Counted from the stretch's first letter, positions 31,357 through 43,119 are shown. The stretch: DNA of 64,000 nt from an uncultured Phycisphaerales bacterium (GCA_963758525.1 CAVWVQ010000001.1:1-64000), one strand, 5' to 3'. Numbers and translations: made by a program. The notes: a model not told the origin generated them from the sequence alone.

Positions 31357-34007
31357 ATGAGCCTGAGCAACTACCACAGGAAACGCGATTTCACTCGCAC
31401 GCCGGAGCCCAGGGGAAAGTCCGCACCCAAATCCAGCGGCGAGCTGCGTTTTGTCGTGCAGAAGCACGACGCGTCGCGCCTGCATTATGATTTTCGCCTC
31501 GAAATGGACGGCACGCTGAAAAGCTGGGCGGTGCCCAAAGGCCCGTCCCTCGACCCGGCGCAAGAATCTCGCCGTCCAGGTTGAGGATCACCCCATCGAT
31601 TACGGCGACTTTGAGGGCGTTATACCCAAGGGAGAATACGGCGGCGGCACCGTTCTGCTCTGGGATCGGGGAACGTGGGAACCGTTGCACGATCCGTTGG
31701 AAGGGTACGAAGCCGGGAAGCTTCATTTCGTTCTGCATGGCTCCAAGCTCAAAGGAGAATGGAGCCTCGTCCGTATGCACGGCCGGGCCGATGACGACGG
31801 CAAAAACTGGCTGCTGATGAAGCTCAAGGACAAGTTTGCGGACACAAAGAAGGACGTCCTGAAAGGCTTGCCCGATAGTGTAAAAAGCAAGCGGTCGATT
31901 GAGCGGATTGCCGACGAGCGTGAGAGCGTCTGGTCGGGTGACGCCAAAAAAACCGCGAAGCTGAAAGACGCAAAGACCGCCGCGCTTCCCGCATCGCTTT
32001 CGCCGCAACTGGCGGTGCTGGCGACGCGTCCGCCAGTCGGCGCCGACTGGCTGCACGAAATCAAATTCGACGGATATCGAATTGTTGCGTTCATCAAATC
32101 GGGAGAGGTCACGCTTCGCACCCGTAACGGGCTTGACTGGACCGCGAAATTCCCCGCCATCGCCAAGTCGCTCGGCAAGCTCAAAGTTGATTCCGCCATT
32201 GTGGACGGCGAAGCCGTCGTTCTGGACAAGGAGGGGCGCAGCGATTTTCAGGCGCTGCAGGCGATGCTGAAGAACAAAGCTGACGTGCAGCCGGCGCTCT
32301 ACGCCTTTGATCTTCCATTCTGCAACGGCTCGGATTTGCGCGAAACTCCGTTGATCGAGCGGAAGAAACTGCTCGAGCAGATTCTAACCAAGAGCAACCT
32401 GGCGCCACGAGTGCTCTACAGCGACCATGTTCTGGGTGACGGGTCGGCGGTGATCGAAAAAGCCTGCCACATGTCGCTGGAGGGAATCGTCTCCAAGCGG
32501 GTGGATTCGTCTTACGTCTCGCGCCGCGTTCCGAGCTGGCTCAAGAGCAAATGCGATCATCGCCAGGAATTCGTCATCGTCGGGTACACCGATCCGCAGG
32601 GAGGCCGGCAGAATTTTGGTGCGCTGCTGATCGGGTATCACGGCGAGAAGGGGGAGCTCGTCTATGCCGGTCGCGTGGGGACCGGCTTTGACGACCGATT
32701 GCTCCGCGACATGCATCGCCAGCTCACTTCGCTGGAGCAGAAGGAGCCGCCGCTGAAGATTCCCGCCGGCGCCCGCAAGGGCGGAATCCATTGGGTGAAG
32801 CCAACGCTGGTGGGTGAAGTGCGGTTCACCGGCTGGACCCGCGACGGCGTGCTCCGCCATCCGGCGTTCATCGCATTGAGGACAGACAAGCCGGCCTCGC
32901 AAATCGTCCGCGAAAACGCAGTCGAACCCCGCGCCGCCGCGCCCGCTCCGGCAAAGAGCCGCGCCGAAAAATCCGGCGCAAAGTCTGAGGCGTTAACAGC
33001 GCTCCGATCGGACGCCGAACAGCGCAGCCTCCGCACCGTCGCGGACTCCGCCGCGAAGAAAACTCGCGGTTCTCACGCCGCTTCCAAGCCGCCGCACGCC
33101 GCCGCGCAATCCTCCGATGGGCAATCCGTAGCCGGCGTCAAGCTCTCCCATCCCGATAAAATCTTCTATCCGGAAACGAAAACCACCAAGCGGCACGTCG
33201 CGGACTATTGCGAGCTCGCCGCTCCGTGGTTATTGCCGCATGTGATCAATCGCCCGCTGGCGTTGGTCCGCTGTCCCGAAGGGTACGCCGCCAAGTGCTT
33301 CTTCCAGCGGAACTGGTCATCCACGCTGCCCGCCGCCATCGATCAGGTAAACGTCGGGGAGGGAAAAAAGAAGGAAATGCACGTGGGTGTGCACGATCTG
33401 ACGGGCGTGGTCGCGCTGGTGCAAATTGGCGTGCTGGAGTTGCACACCTGGAATTGCCGATCCGGAAATATCGAGCACCCCGACCAGTTGATCTTCGATC
33501 TGGACCCTGGACCCGATTTGAAATGGGACCGCGTGATCGAGGCGGCGCGAATGCTGCGGGAGACGCTTTCCAAACTCGATCTTCCCGTCTTTCTGAAGAC
33601 CTCCGGCGGGAAAGGTTTGCATCTGACGATTCCCATTCAGCCGAACATCGGCTGGGACGAAGCAAAATCGTTTTGCGAGACGATCGCCAAAGACATGGTC
33701 CGCCAATCTGATTTATTCGTCGCGAATATGCGCAAGGATTTACGGGGGGGAAAGGTGTATGTCGATTATCATCGAAACGGCCGCGGCGCAACCGCGGTCG
33801 CGCCCTATTCAACGCGTGCCCGATCGGGCGCGCCTGTCTCCATGCCGATCTCATGGAAAGAGCTCGGGAAACTAACCTCGGCCGCACAATTCACGGTAGA
33901 GAACGCGCGCCGATATCTCGAAGAAGCGCAAAGCGGATCCCTGGGACGACTTTGAGCAATCGCGCGTCGATCTGCACAAAGCCGTCGGCCAGAAATCCGC
34001 CGCGTAG
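31357..34007 (+). CDS. ligD: NHEJ DNA ligase D, PE-LIG-POL order (frameshifts near 31565 and 33922)
   Basis: [60 protein letters not shown]. Confidence 0.93.
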
Positions 34008-34088
34008 CAGTTCCTGAATCGGGTCACCGGCGTCGTTGTCAAGCGACCCACTGGCGATCCCTGCTGCGAACTGCGAAGGAGCATCGTC

Positions 34089-34922
34089 ATGGCACGCCCC
34101 GTCTGGAAGGGCTCGATTAACTTCGGGCTGGTCAACATTCCCATTCAGCTCGAGACCGCCGTTCGTGAGAAAAATGTAAGCTTCCATATGCTCTCGAAAG
34201 ACGGCACGTGCCGTCTGCGGCGCAAGCTTGTCTGCCCCGACACGGGAAAGGAAGTCGATTTCAACGACACCGCCCGAGGCATCGAGGTTGGCAAGGATGA
34301 GTACGTTCTCATCGACGACAAAGAGATCGATCGCATCAAGCCGGAGAAGGGAAGATCCATTGCCATCGAGCAATTCGTCGACCTCAACGAGATCGATCCA
34401 ATCTATTTCGACCGCATTTATTTCGTCACCCCCGCTGAAGGCAGCACGCGGCCGTACCGGCTGCTGTTTGAGGCCATGAAGGAGAGCGGCAAGCTCGGCC
34501 TGGCCCGGTTCGTGATGCGCGGCCGGCAGTACCTCGCCGCTCTCCGCGTCATGGGCGAAGGCATCGTGCTCCACACGATGCACTACGCCGACGAAGTTCT
34601 TTCCCTGGACGACGCCTTGCCCGGCACGCTCGCCAAGGCCAAGCCCCCGGAGAAGGAAGTGAAAATCGCCCAGCAGCTCATCGAGGCCATGACCCATCCG
34701 CTCGATCTGACCGCTTTCAAGGATGATTACCGCGAGCAGGTGGAGCGCCTGATCGAGCAGAAGCGCAACGGCCGAAAGACCGTCACCGCCGCCGACGATC
34801 ACGAAGAGGAACCGCCGCCGCCGACGATCAACCTGATGGACGCCTTGAAGCGGTCGCTCAGCGCCAAACCTCCGCGCGGCGCTGTCGCCGCCGCCCGCCA
34901 TCCGCGTCGAAAGAGCGCGTGA
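34089..34922 (+). CDS. ku: NHEJ Ku protein
   Basis: MARPVWKGSINFGLVNIP, IDPIYFD, NLMDALKRSL; adjacent to ligD. Confidence 0.95.
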   Translation: MARPVWKGSINFGLVNIPIQLETAVREKNVSFHMLSKDGTCRLRRKLVCPDTGKEVDFNDTARGIEVGKDEYVLIDDKEIDRIKPEKGRSIAIEQFVDLNEIDPIYFDRIYFVTPAEGSTRPYRLLFEAMKESGKLGLARFVMRGRQYLAALRVMGEGIVLHTMHYADEVLSLDDALPGTLAKAKPPEKEVKIAQQLIEAMTHPLDLTAFKDDYREQVERLIEQKRNGRKTVTAADDHEEEPPPPTINLMDALKRSLSAKPPRGAVAAARHPRRKSA

Positions 34923-34924
34923 CA

Positions 34925-35048
34925 GTGCCACGGGTTTTCAGCCCGTGCGAACGGCATGGTGCGAAAGAAAGACTTTGAATGCAGGTGATGCATTATTGGA
35001 CTCAATCTACCTTTCACGCACCTTGCACGGGTTGGAAACCCGTGGTAC
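34925..35048. repeat. REP doublet between convergent genes
   Basis: GTGCCACGGGTTTTCAGCCCGTGC ... GCACGGGTTGGAAACCCGTGGTAC. Confidence 0.7.
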
Positions 35049-36033
35049 TCGCGAGGATCTGAGCCCACTCGTCGGCGGCACGCTCCAGGGTGTACCGGCT
35101 CGTCGCCAGTTCACGGGCGGCGGCGCCCATCGAGGCGCGCAACGGGGCGTCGCGCGCCAGCGTCACAATCGCTTCGGGCCAATCTGCAGCTCTTGCCGGC
35201 AGAAACCCCGTGATTCCCTCGGCCACCAGCTCCGCATTTGCCCCCACTGGCGAAGCAATCACCGGCAGCCCGCTGGCCAGATACTGCAGAATCTTGAACC
35301 CGCACTTTCCCATCGTCCAGTCGTCCCGCGGAGTCGGCGCGATCCCAATATCGCCTTGGCAAAGCGCCGCGGCCTCCCCCGCCTCGGTCCATTCGACGTG
35401 CTCAATCTGCAGGATATCGCTTTTCACGCTCGCGTTGGCGATGGTCACCAGCCGCAGCCCCGGCAACTGGCGCACGGCTTCCTCAAACGCTGGCAGAAAT
35501 TCCTGGACGTACTGAATCGTCGATCGGGAGCCGATCCAAACCAGTCGCGGCGTCTGTGTTGCCGCGTGGGTCTTTACGAGGTACCGGCGGCTGTCCAGCA
35601 TCGTCGGGATGATCGTCACCTCCCGCCCGCGCGCACGGAAGATCCCGGCCAGGTATTCGTTGCCCGCAACGACGTGATCGACGACGTTCGCGGTCGCCTC
35701 AAAATTTCGCCCCGTTCGCCAGCGCGACAGCCGGCCCACCTCGCGGTTGTGATGCATCAGGGCATCGTCAATATCGTAAAGAATTCGCCGGGCGTGACGC
35801 CGAAGGACCCTGGCTTCCGCCGGTGCAAGAAATTTGCGCTGGATCAGGACAGCATGAAAGTCACCGGCGCGGGCGAGTTTCGCCCGCAGCGTCGGCCCCG
35901 CCCGCCAGCCGCGCGGCCGCACGTATATTTCCAGCTCATATCCGCGTTCGGCAAGCAAGGGGGCCAGCGCGGCGATCCTGAGCCGAAACGACGCCTGGGC
36001 AAGATTTGTCGCGAGAACCAGAACACGCTGCAT
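35014..36033 (-). CDS. Glycosyltransferase family 4
   Basis: YDIDDA, WIGS, GKCGFKILQYLASGLPVIASPVG. Confidence 0.9.
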   Translation of the reverse strand: MQRVLVLATNLAQASFRLRIAALAPLLAERGYELEIYVRPRGWRAGPTLRAKLARAGDFHAVLIQRKFLAPAEARVLRRHARRILYDIDDALMHHNREVGRLSRWRTGRNFEATANVVDHVVAGNEYLAGIFRARGREVTIIPTMLDSRRYLVKTHAATQTPRLVWIGSRSTIQYVQEFLPAFEEAVRQLPGLRLVTIANASVKSDILQIEHVEWTEAGEAAALCQGDIGIAPTPRDDWTMGKCGFKILQYLASGLPVIASPVGANAELVAEGITGFLPARAADWPEAIVTLARDAPLRASMGAAARELATSRYTLERAADEWAQILASTTGFQPVQGA

Positions 36034-36042
36034 CCAGCGCGA

Positions 36043-36645
36043 TTATAGCCGGAACATCAACCCCAGATACGCTTCGGGCCCATTGAGGCTCGGATTGTGC
36101 GCCGGGCCTTCCAGGCGGGCGTTGGAGAGATGGAAGTAACGCACCCCGACGATCAGATCGACGTTGTCGGCAATCGGATGATCGACGCCGATTCCGCAGT
36201 GGAACGTTAAATTGAAGTATGTCCCATTCTGCGGCACCCGCCGGCCGGCTTCGAAGATGCCAAATCCGACGTCATTGAAGATCGAGGAATTGCCAAAGTG
36301 ATAGAAATCATGGCGCAAACCGAAGCTCCCCTGCACCGCCGCCGCGTCCGCGGCTTCGGTGCTGACGCCATATGCGGTGAACTCCGATCGCAGGCAGAAA
36401 TTCGTGTCGGTGTAGTAATCAAATGCGATCCGCGCACCGCCCATCGCGACGTGCCGGTTGGTGACATCCGCCATCCCCGTGCCGAGGACCTCCAGGCGCC
36501 AGCGGTGCGGATCGAGCATCGGATTCCTCGGCTGCGTCGCTGCCACGTCGAGCGTCAGCGGACTCGTATCCGCCGCCGCCTTCGCGGGTTCCGCGGCCAG
36601 GAGAATCGTGGTGACAACGCAAATCAGGGAAAGTTTCGCAAACAT
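36043..36645 (-). CDS. Acyloxyacyl hydrolase / PagL-like lipid A deacylase beta-barrel
   Basis: Signal peptide; GTYFNLT, RYFHLSNA (catalytic H-x-S), NPSLN. Confidence 0.8.
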   Translation of the reverse strand: MFAKLSLICVVTTILLAAEPAKAAADTSPLTLDVAATQPRNPMLDPHRWRLEVLGTGMADVTNRHVAMGGARIAFDYYTDTNFCLRSEFTAYGVSTEAADAAAVQGSFGLRHDFYHFGNSSIFNDVGFGIFEAGRRVPQNGTYFNLTFHCGIGVDHPIADNVDLIVGVRYFHLSNARLEGPAHNPSLNGPEAYLGLMFRL

Positions 36646-36758
36646 TGTCCGCTGAATTTGGCGAAAAGATGCCGGCCGTCAAATGCGCCGACCGAATTTA
36701 ACGCGAGCCGTGGTGCGACGTTCAGCAATTGCGATTTCACCGCGCGTGCGGAAGTCTG

Positions 36759-38236
36759 TCACTTCTTCTGATGCACGACCGGCTCAAACCCCGGCTCGAT
36801 GCAGCCAAGGATATCCCGCGATCGCAACGGCCTGTCGACGCGCCCCGTCATTGACAGGAGAAACGTCGCGCTGTCGAGCTGGTTTAAGCCGCCGTGGGTG
36901 GATTCCATGGTGATGTATTTTTCGTACTCCTCGAGGCCGGCGCAATACCCGTCCCGCGTGGTGAACATCACGCGAGGCGGATTGACCACCGTCGCGTGAA
37001 ACGCGTCCCACAAGCGACGGGGCGCGTCGGGAAACTTCGTGTCGAGCGTCGCCCGAAACCATTCGTCATCGGATGCGTAACCGTTGGCGTCCGTCTTGAG
37101 CGACTTTGTGATTTGTTCGTAGCCCAGCACATCGTGGTCGATGGGGACGTATCGCAATTGCTGATGATCGCATTCGACGGCGGCCGACCCCGTTGCGTCG
37201 CGGACGATGACGCGGTTCCCGTCCAGATACATCGCCAGCTCGATTTCCCGATGACCGACCAGTGCGCTGGCGACGCGCCGCGGCTGCAGCGTGTCGATCG
37301 CGGCATACGTCACCAGTCCGTTGATTTCGAGGAAGACGTCATTTGAGCCAGCAATGGTTTCAGCCGGATGGAAGCCCGCGTCAATCATGTATTGAGCGAT
37401 CGGCAGATTCTTCGAGCGCATCAGGTTGTGCCCGTGATCGGCCATCAGTGAAATCTTGATTGCCCCGTGGCGTTCGTAGAGCAACTGCAGACAAAGCCGA
37501 TCGGCCCCATCGAGCACTTCGTCAACCCCGGCCTTACCGTATTTGCAGACCAGGGATGCGGCGCTGATGAAGTAGACGACAGTCACGCGGTTCGGGCTGT
37601 CGTCTATGGCCATGCGGGCACGTTCCAACTCGGCGGCGTACCAGGGCGCGGGTCGAGAAATGACAAACCGCCTTCAGAATACGATGCGTGATAATCGCAT
37701 CGCTGTTCCCACGGCTCTTCATACCCCCATATTCGCGGCCAAAGCCCGCTTCGCGCCTGCCGGGTCTTGGGGTCATAACTCTGATCGATCATTCCCGTAA
37801 GCGGCGGGCAATGCAGCACGCTGGAGTAGCAGATTTCCGTCAGCGAAGGAAACGGCGGGATGATCTTTTGCGGCGGCGCGCAATAGCGAAACCCGCCGAC
37901 GTTGTAGCGGTCGACCACGCTTTGGTAAGGGATTGAATCCAAAAGCACGATCACGTGCGGGACATCGGCGTCGGCGTAGTCCGCCAGGCGGTAGGTGCGG
38001 CTGATTGTTCCGTCGTGCAGATCGTCATAGAGCAACGCGGAAACCTTGCCGTTCGCGTCGTACGCCAAACCGAAGTCTCGCGTGCGTTTCCCGGAAAGGT
38101 CATACCAGACCGCGTCGGCCGTCCGGCTCAGCGGGTGGGACGGAAATGTGAGCCGTCCGCTGGGAGCCGCGCAACCGCCCGCGCACCAAACCACCCAGAA
38201 GCAAGCCGCAGCCCGGATAGTGAGGGGAATGTTCAT
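36759..38236 (-). CDS. Lipoprotein with alkaline-phosphatase-superfamily-like domain (frameshift near 37640)
   Basis: Lipobox AGGC; VLLDSIPY, FPSLT, ADHG, STHGGL. Confidence 0.65.
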
Positions 38237-38359
38237 GCAGAGGCGGCGAGGCCGTGACTCTATCGACTCCCAATCCGCCGCTCAAGAAGGCGCGCATCCC
38301 CGTGGGCGCTCGCGCACGAATAACCTGATCGAATGTCGAAGCTAAAGCGACTGAATTAA

Positions 38360-38414
38360 GTAGCACACCCGTCTCGGCTGTGGCTCGAAATCACAGCCGA
38401 GACGGCTGTGGTAC
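38360..38414. repeat. GTAG-type REP doublet, family B copy 2
   Basis: GTAGCACACCCGTCTCGGCTGTG...CACAGCCGAGACGGCTGTGGTAC. Confidence 0.75.
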
Positions 38415-38471
38415 GGGGATGTGCTCCGCGCGCTTCGGAATGAATTGCGAAGGTTATTCCTGCGCGGCCTC

Positions 38472-38876
38472 TTAGCCTCGCGGTGGAGAGGACGACTCGT
38501 CCAGATACCGGGAGATGTGGGGAAGCAGCTCGGTCCAGCCGCCGCCCTTGACGACGAATTCGGCTGCGCCAAGCTTCTTTGCTTCGGCACGCACCACATC
38601 GTCGCGCACGGCGGTGTAGAGGATCACCGGTAGTCCCTTTGTGCGCGGATCGGCTCGGAGCGAGCGAAGCAGCTCCAGGCCAGTTCGATCCGGTAACATG
38701 ACGTCAAGCACGAGCAGTTGCGGCAGGTGACCGGAAAGCATTTTCACCGCTTCATTCGCGTTGAAAACACAGGTCGCCTTGTGCCCTTCAGCGCGAATGA
38801 GGCGCGCGACTGTTCGACACGTCAGGGAGTCATCATCGATCACCAGCACTTCCGCCAATTTTAATCTCGCCTCCAA
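38472..38876 (-). CDS. Single-domain response regulator
   Basis: VLVIDDD, LLVLDVMLP, VILYT, FVVKG. Confidence 0.85.
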   Translation of the reverse strand: MEARLKLAEVLVIDDDSLTCRTVARLIRAEGHKATCVFNANEAVKMLSGHLPQLLVLDVMLPDRTGLELLRSLRADPRTKGLPVILYTAVRDDVVRAEAKKLGAAEFVVKGGGWTELLPHISRYLDESSSPPRG

Positions 38877-39188
38877 AAAACACGGGTGCAGGTCAAAGGC
38901 AATTTACCGGGAGGACCGTCGTTCGTGGAACGGCGAAAATCCCACACCTCGTCGATGCACCGCCAAGCCAAAACCCGGGCGGCCGGTCCTCGGAATCCTG
39001 GCTCAAGGCCCGTGCCGAGGTCGAGGTACGCCAGCGGCCCCTGGGGGGGCGTGAGCTTTTGAAGTCAATGTACAACGCCGGTGGCGCTTGGACGGCCAAT
39101 GCTCATTTGCCCGCGGCGCGGTGGAATATGCCCTTTTCGCCCACTAGCATTGAATATCGACAGGCATGTGTGTCTGCAGGAGGCCTCA

Positions 39189-40280
39189 ATGAATCGCTTG
39201 GTTCAACTGGCGGGGGCCGTGAGTCTTTTGGCTGCAGTGGTTTCGTTCGCGGCGGATCCCGCACCGCCGGCCCCAACCCCAGGGCCGGCGCCAGTGGCTG
39301 CGCCGGCGGCCCCGCAGTCCTACTCGTCTGTGCTCGTTCTGCCCTTTGCCCCGGTTGCGGGAGCAAGCGATTGGATCGGCAAAGGCGTGCAGGAAGATCT
39401 TGCCACCGAGCTTGTCAGGCAGAGCAAGCTTGACGTACTCACTCCGGCTGATGTGCAGGCCGTCTCCGATCCTGCGGCCGCCGCGAAGGTCGGACGCGAC
39501 AAGGGCGCGTCGTTGGTTGCCTTCGGCAGCTATCAAATCCTCGAAACAGAAGTGCGTATCAACGGCCAGCTTGTGGATGCCGCCACCGGAAAACCTCTGG
39601 CCGCCCTGAAGGCAACCGGGCAGCGCCGCGACCTGTTTCACATGGAGGACCTGCTGGCTGCACAAGCGGTGGCGTCGCTCCCGCCGAGTTCGATCAGGGT
39701 TGGTGGAGGCGCGTATGCAGCCTCGAGCGAGCCGGCTCCCGCGCCCGGCAGCACGTCGACTCAGTCCTACCAGCCGTACAATGCGCAAGGCTACTACGTC
39801 ACCCCAGGCCCGGACTATACGCCCGCCTACAACTACGCTGCCGCCGAGACGACCGCTCCCACGACGACCTATGACGGCGGATATACAACCTATCCGCAGC
39901 CGTATTACAACTACGGCTATCCGTGGTACGGCTACGATTATCCATTCTGGGGCGGCAGCGGCTTTTTCTTCATTGGCGGTGGTGGACGCCATCACGATCA
40001 CGATGGTCACTGGCACGATGGTCACTGGCAGAACGGAACCGAAGGGCACAACCTCGCCTTCAACGGCGGCCTCAACACCCGCTCGCCCGTCGTCACCGGC
40101 GGCACGCGGTCGATCAATTCCTTCGGCGGCACAGGCTTCCGCACGTCGACTCCAAGCTTCCAAGGCTCCATCGGCGCTCGGAGCGGCGCCGGCGCATTCC
40201 GTGGCGGAGGATTCAGCGGCTTCCACGGCAGCGGCGGCTTCAGTGGCGGATTCCACGGCGGCGGCGGCGGTCACCGATGA
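39189..40280 (+). CDS. Secreted protein with TolB-N/FlgO-like domain and Tyr/Gly-rich tail
   Basis: Signal peptide; VLVLPF...WIGKG...GSYQ...VRINGQLVDAATG; GGFHGGGGGHR tail. Confidence 0.75.
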   Translation: MNRLVQLAGAVSLLAAVVSFAADPAPPAPTPGPAPVAAPAAPQSYSSVLVLPFAPVAGASDWIGKGVQEDLATELVRQSKLDVLTPADVQAVSDPAAAAKVGRDKGASLVAFGSYQILETEVRINGQLVDAATGKPLAALKATGQRRDLFHMEDLLAAQAVASLPPSSIRVGGGAYAASSEPAPAPGSTSTQSYQPYNAQGYYVTPGPDYTPAYNYAAAETTAPTTTYDGGYTTYPQPYYNYGYPWYGYDYPFWGGSGFFFIGGGGRHHDHDGHWHDGHWQNGTEGHNLAFNGGLNTRSPVVTGGTRSINSFGGTGFRTSTPSFQGSIGARSGAGAFRGGGFSGFHGSGGFSGGFHGGGGGHR

Positions 40281-40306
40281 CCCGTCGCTGGGCCCATTGC
40301 GGCGCT

Positions 40307-40416
40307 GCGGTTAGCCGCGACGCGCAGCGGAGCGCGTATTGGAACGATAAAAGCGCGGTTAGTACGCCCGGTCCATGTCGCAAATACGCGCTCCGCTGCG
40401 CGTCGCGGCTAACCGC
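40307..40416. repeat. Perfect 34-bp inverted repeat (REP-like doublet)
   Basis: GCGGTTAGCCGCGACGCGCAGCGGAGCGCGTATT (40307-40340) and its exact complement (40383-40416). Confidence 0.85.
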
Positions 40417-40481
40417 GGAAGGAACATCGGACAGCCGCTATTTTCCAAAAATTCGTCGCAGTCCGGGCGGTGTCGTCGCAA

Positions 40482-41203
40482 TCACCGTATGCACCACAAA
40501 AAGAAGAATGCCAGTCCCACAACCGCGCAGACGATCCCGCCGATCGCTTTCTTTTTGTCTGCGGAACTGCCCGCCTGCGACGCCTGGCGGTATCCAATGC
40601 TCCCCAGAATGATTGCGAGGAGCGCGGGCACGATGACGCAACCCATCGGCAGGCTGATGATCCCCAAAACGAGCGAAGCGGTGCAAAATCCGTTGCCGGT
40701 GCCCTGGGCCTGCGTGGTGGTTCCCTCCAGCGTGAATGGCATTCCGCAGTTTTTGCAATTATTTGCCGAGATCGGACTTTCCGCTCCGCAATGGGTGCAA
40801 CGGATGATTTGCGAGCCGTCGTCGCGCCGAAGGATCGTTGGCGCTGCGCGCCCGCGGCTGCGTACGCATGAACCGGGTGCGGGTCGGGCTTGATGATCTG
40901 CCCGCTCTTGGGATCGATCAATCGCCCGTCGCGATGCAGGATGGGGATGGTGATTTTGTTGTCGCAGGTCGGGCAGTGACCTTCCTGTCCGCTCATCGAC
41001 TCATGGGCTTCAAGTCGAGACGAGCAGTAGCCGCATTGGAACGGGAACCGCCGCCCCGATGTCTTGAGGGAAACCGGGGCAGTTGCCTGTCGCTGGGGAA
41101 CCGTGACCACCGTGAGGCAGGTGGGACAGCGCACCGACGAACCGCCCTGCGCATCGTCCGCGGAAAGCGAGCTTCGGCAAACGTGGCAAACGAAAGCGAT
41201 CAT
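40482..41203 (-). CDS. Zinc-ribbon protein with C-terminal DUF4190-like TM domain (frameshift near 40850)
   Basis: CHVC/CPTC, CGYC/CPTC, CTHC/CKNC pairs; ASLVLGIIS...AIILGSIG...AIGGIVC. Confidence 0.7.
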
Positions 41204-41252
41204 GCCCGCATGAATCGTACTTACGGTATCGCGCAATTGGAAAGGGCGCGTG

Positions 41253-41415
41253 GAAGGCACGAAGGCACGAAGGCACGAAGGCACGAAGGCACAAAGGCAC
41301 AAAGGCACAAAGGCACGAAGGGAAGGAAGGGGATTTTAGAAGAGGTTCAGGGGAACATCACAAAAATCCCCTTCCTTCCCTCCGTGCCTTCGTGCCTCCG
41401 TGCCTTCGTGCCTTT
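41253..41415. repeat. Octamer tandem repeat (8 x RAAGGCAC) with inverted partner
   Basis: gaaggcac x5 and aaaggcac x3; GGGAAGGAAGGGGATTTT/AAAATCCCCTTCCTTCCC; gtgcctt(c)cg repeats. Confidence 0.8.
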
Positions 41416-41479
41416 CTGTCCTCATTCTCTCGCCCCCTCAAGTTGCCCGGCATCGCGTCCTCGGGAATAATCAAACCAC

Positions 41480-42952
41480 ATGTTAGAGACTCTCAGCGAC
41501 AAGTTGGGCGGCGTATTTCGGAATCTCTCGGGGCGCGGGCGCATCAGCGAGGAGAACATTCGCGAGGCCATGCGCGACGTCCGCACGGCGCTGCTCGAAG
41601 CCGACGTGAATTTTGGGGTCGTCAAGACCTTCACCGAAACGGTGGTTCAGAAAGCACTGGGCCAGGAAGTCATCAAGAGCCTGCAGCCGGGCCAGTTGAT
41701 GGTGAAGCTGGTGTACGACGAACTGGTCGCCCTGATGGGGCCGGTCGACACGCGCATCTACCTGGTGCAGCCGCCGCCGACGATCATCATGATGTGCGGA
41801 CTGCAGGGGTCAGGCAAAACCACCACCTGCGGTAAACTTGCGAAATACCTGGTTTCCAAGGGACATCATCCGCTGCTGGCGGCGGCGGACCTGCAGCGCC
41901 CGGCGGCGGTCGAGCAGTTGCGCGTGCTGGGCGAGCAGGTGGGGGTGCCGGTCTATACCGATCCCACGAAAGTTGCGCCGCACGGCGAGGTTGCGAAAGG
42001 TTCTGCCGTCGCGGTCTGCCGGGCCGCTGTCAGTCAGGCAAAGAACAACGGGCAGGACATCGTCATTCTCGATACTGCCGGGCGGCTGCACATTGACGAC
42101 GAACTGATGGGCGAGCTCCGCGATGTGCGCACGCAAGTCCGGCCGCATCAGATCTATCTCGTGCTCGACGCCATGAGCGGCCAGGACGCGGTCAACAGCG
42201 CCAAAGCTTTCAACGAGCAGCTCGAAGTCGACGGGCTGATCCTCACCAAGTTTGATTCCGACACTCGCGGCGGCGCACTCCTGTCTGCCAAGATCGTCAC
42301 GGGCAAGCCCGTCAAATTTCTCGGCGTCGGCGAGAAGCTCGACCGTCTCGAAGAATTCCGCCCCGAAGGAATGGCCCAGCGCATTCTCGGCATGGGCGAC
42401 ATCGTCGGCCTCGTCAGCGAGGCGATGGAGAAATTCGACCAGGACGAGGCCGCGCGTTTGCAGGCCAACATGGAGAAGGGCCAGTTCACGCTGGACGACT
42501 TCATGGCGCAGATGACGCAGGTGAAGAAGCTTGGGCCGATGGGGAAGGTGATGGGAATGATTCCGGGCATGAGCGACATGACCCGGAAGATGAACATGAA
42601 CGAAGGGGACATTGAGAAGCAGATGGTGCACATGCGTGCCATTTACGACTCGATGAACAAGAAAGAGCGGGCCAACACCGACCTGCTCGACGGCGCCCGC
42701 CGCCGGCGCGTCGCGCGGGGGGCCGGGGTGGAGCTGAACGAGGTCGGGCAGTTCATGAAGCAGTTCGAACAGAGCCGCGACATGATGAAAGCGGTGGGGG
42801 GCATGGGAATGATGGGCCGGATGAAGCTCATGAAGAGTCTGATGAGCGGAGATCTGGCGAGCCTCGGCATGCCCGGCGGCCCGACGCTCCGCACGAAAAA
42901 GTCGGGCTTCATGGAGAAGAAGGACCGGAATAAGAAGAAGAAACGGCGGTAA
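41480..42952 (+). CDS. ffh: Signal recognition particle protein Ffh
   Basis: ALLEADVN, GLQGSGKTT, DTAGR, TKFD, RILGMGD; Met-rich M domain. Confidence 0.97.
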   Translation: MLETLSDKLGGVFRNLSGRGRISEENIREAMRDVRTALLEADVNFGVVKTFTETVVQKALGQEVIKSLQPGQLMVKLVYDELVALMGPVDTRIYLVQPPPTIIMMCGLQGSGKTTTCGKLAKYLVSKGHHPLLAAADLQRPAAVEQLRVLGEQVGVPVYTDPTKVAPHGEVAKGSAVAVCRAAVSQAKNNGQDIVILDTAGRLHIDDELMGELRDVRTQVRPHQIYLVLDAMSGQDAVNSAKAFNEQLEVDGLILTKFDSDTRGGALLSAKIVTGKPVKFLGVGEKLDRLEEFRPEGMAQRILGMGDIVGLVSEAMEKFDQDEAARLQANMEKGQFTLDDFMAQMTQVKKLGPMGKVMGMIPGMSDMTRKMNMNEGDIEKQMVHMRAIYDSMNKKERANTDLLDGARRRRVARGAGVELNEVGQFMKQFEQSRDMMKAVGGMGMMGRMKLMKSLMSGDLASLGMPGGPTLRTKKSGFMEKKDRNKKKKRR

Positions 42953-43019
42953 CGACGGTCGAGGCGAATATCGGAGGCGCGAACCTTTTCTAAGGTTGCA
43001 CAAACTAGAACGCGCCCGC

Positions 43020-43094
43020 CACGCTGAGTCTGAGGTGCTCCGAAGGCTCAGATTTACGGCGCTCGATTCAAGGCTTCGGAGGAGTTCAGACTCA
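43020..43094. repeat. Hairpin / REP-like element, family C copy 2 (degenerate)
   Basis: CACGCTGAGTCTGAGGTGCTCCGAAGGCTC...GCTTCGGAGGAGTTCAGACTCA. Confidence 0.65.
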
Positions 43095-43119
43095 ATCAAT
43101 CGCGAAAGGTTTTTTCTCA

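Noticed and set aside
31357..34922. ligD-ku as a novel system
   Set aside because: Canonical bacterial NHEJ pair
41253..41415. Possible CRISPR array
   Set aside because: 8-bp tandem units without spacers and no cas genes in the window
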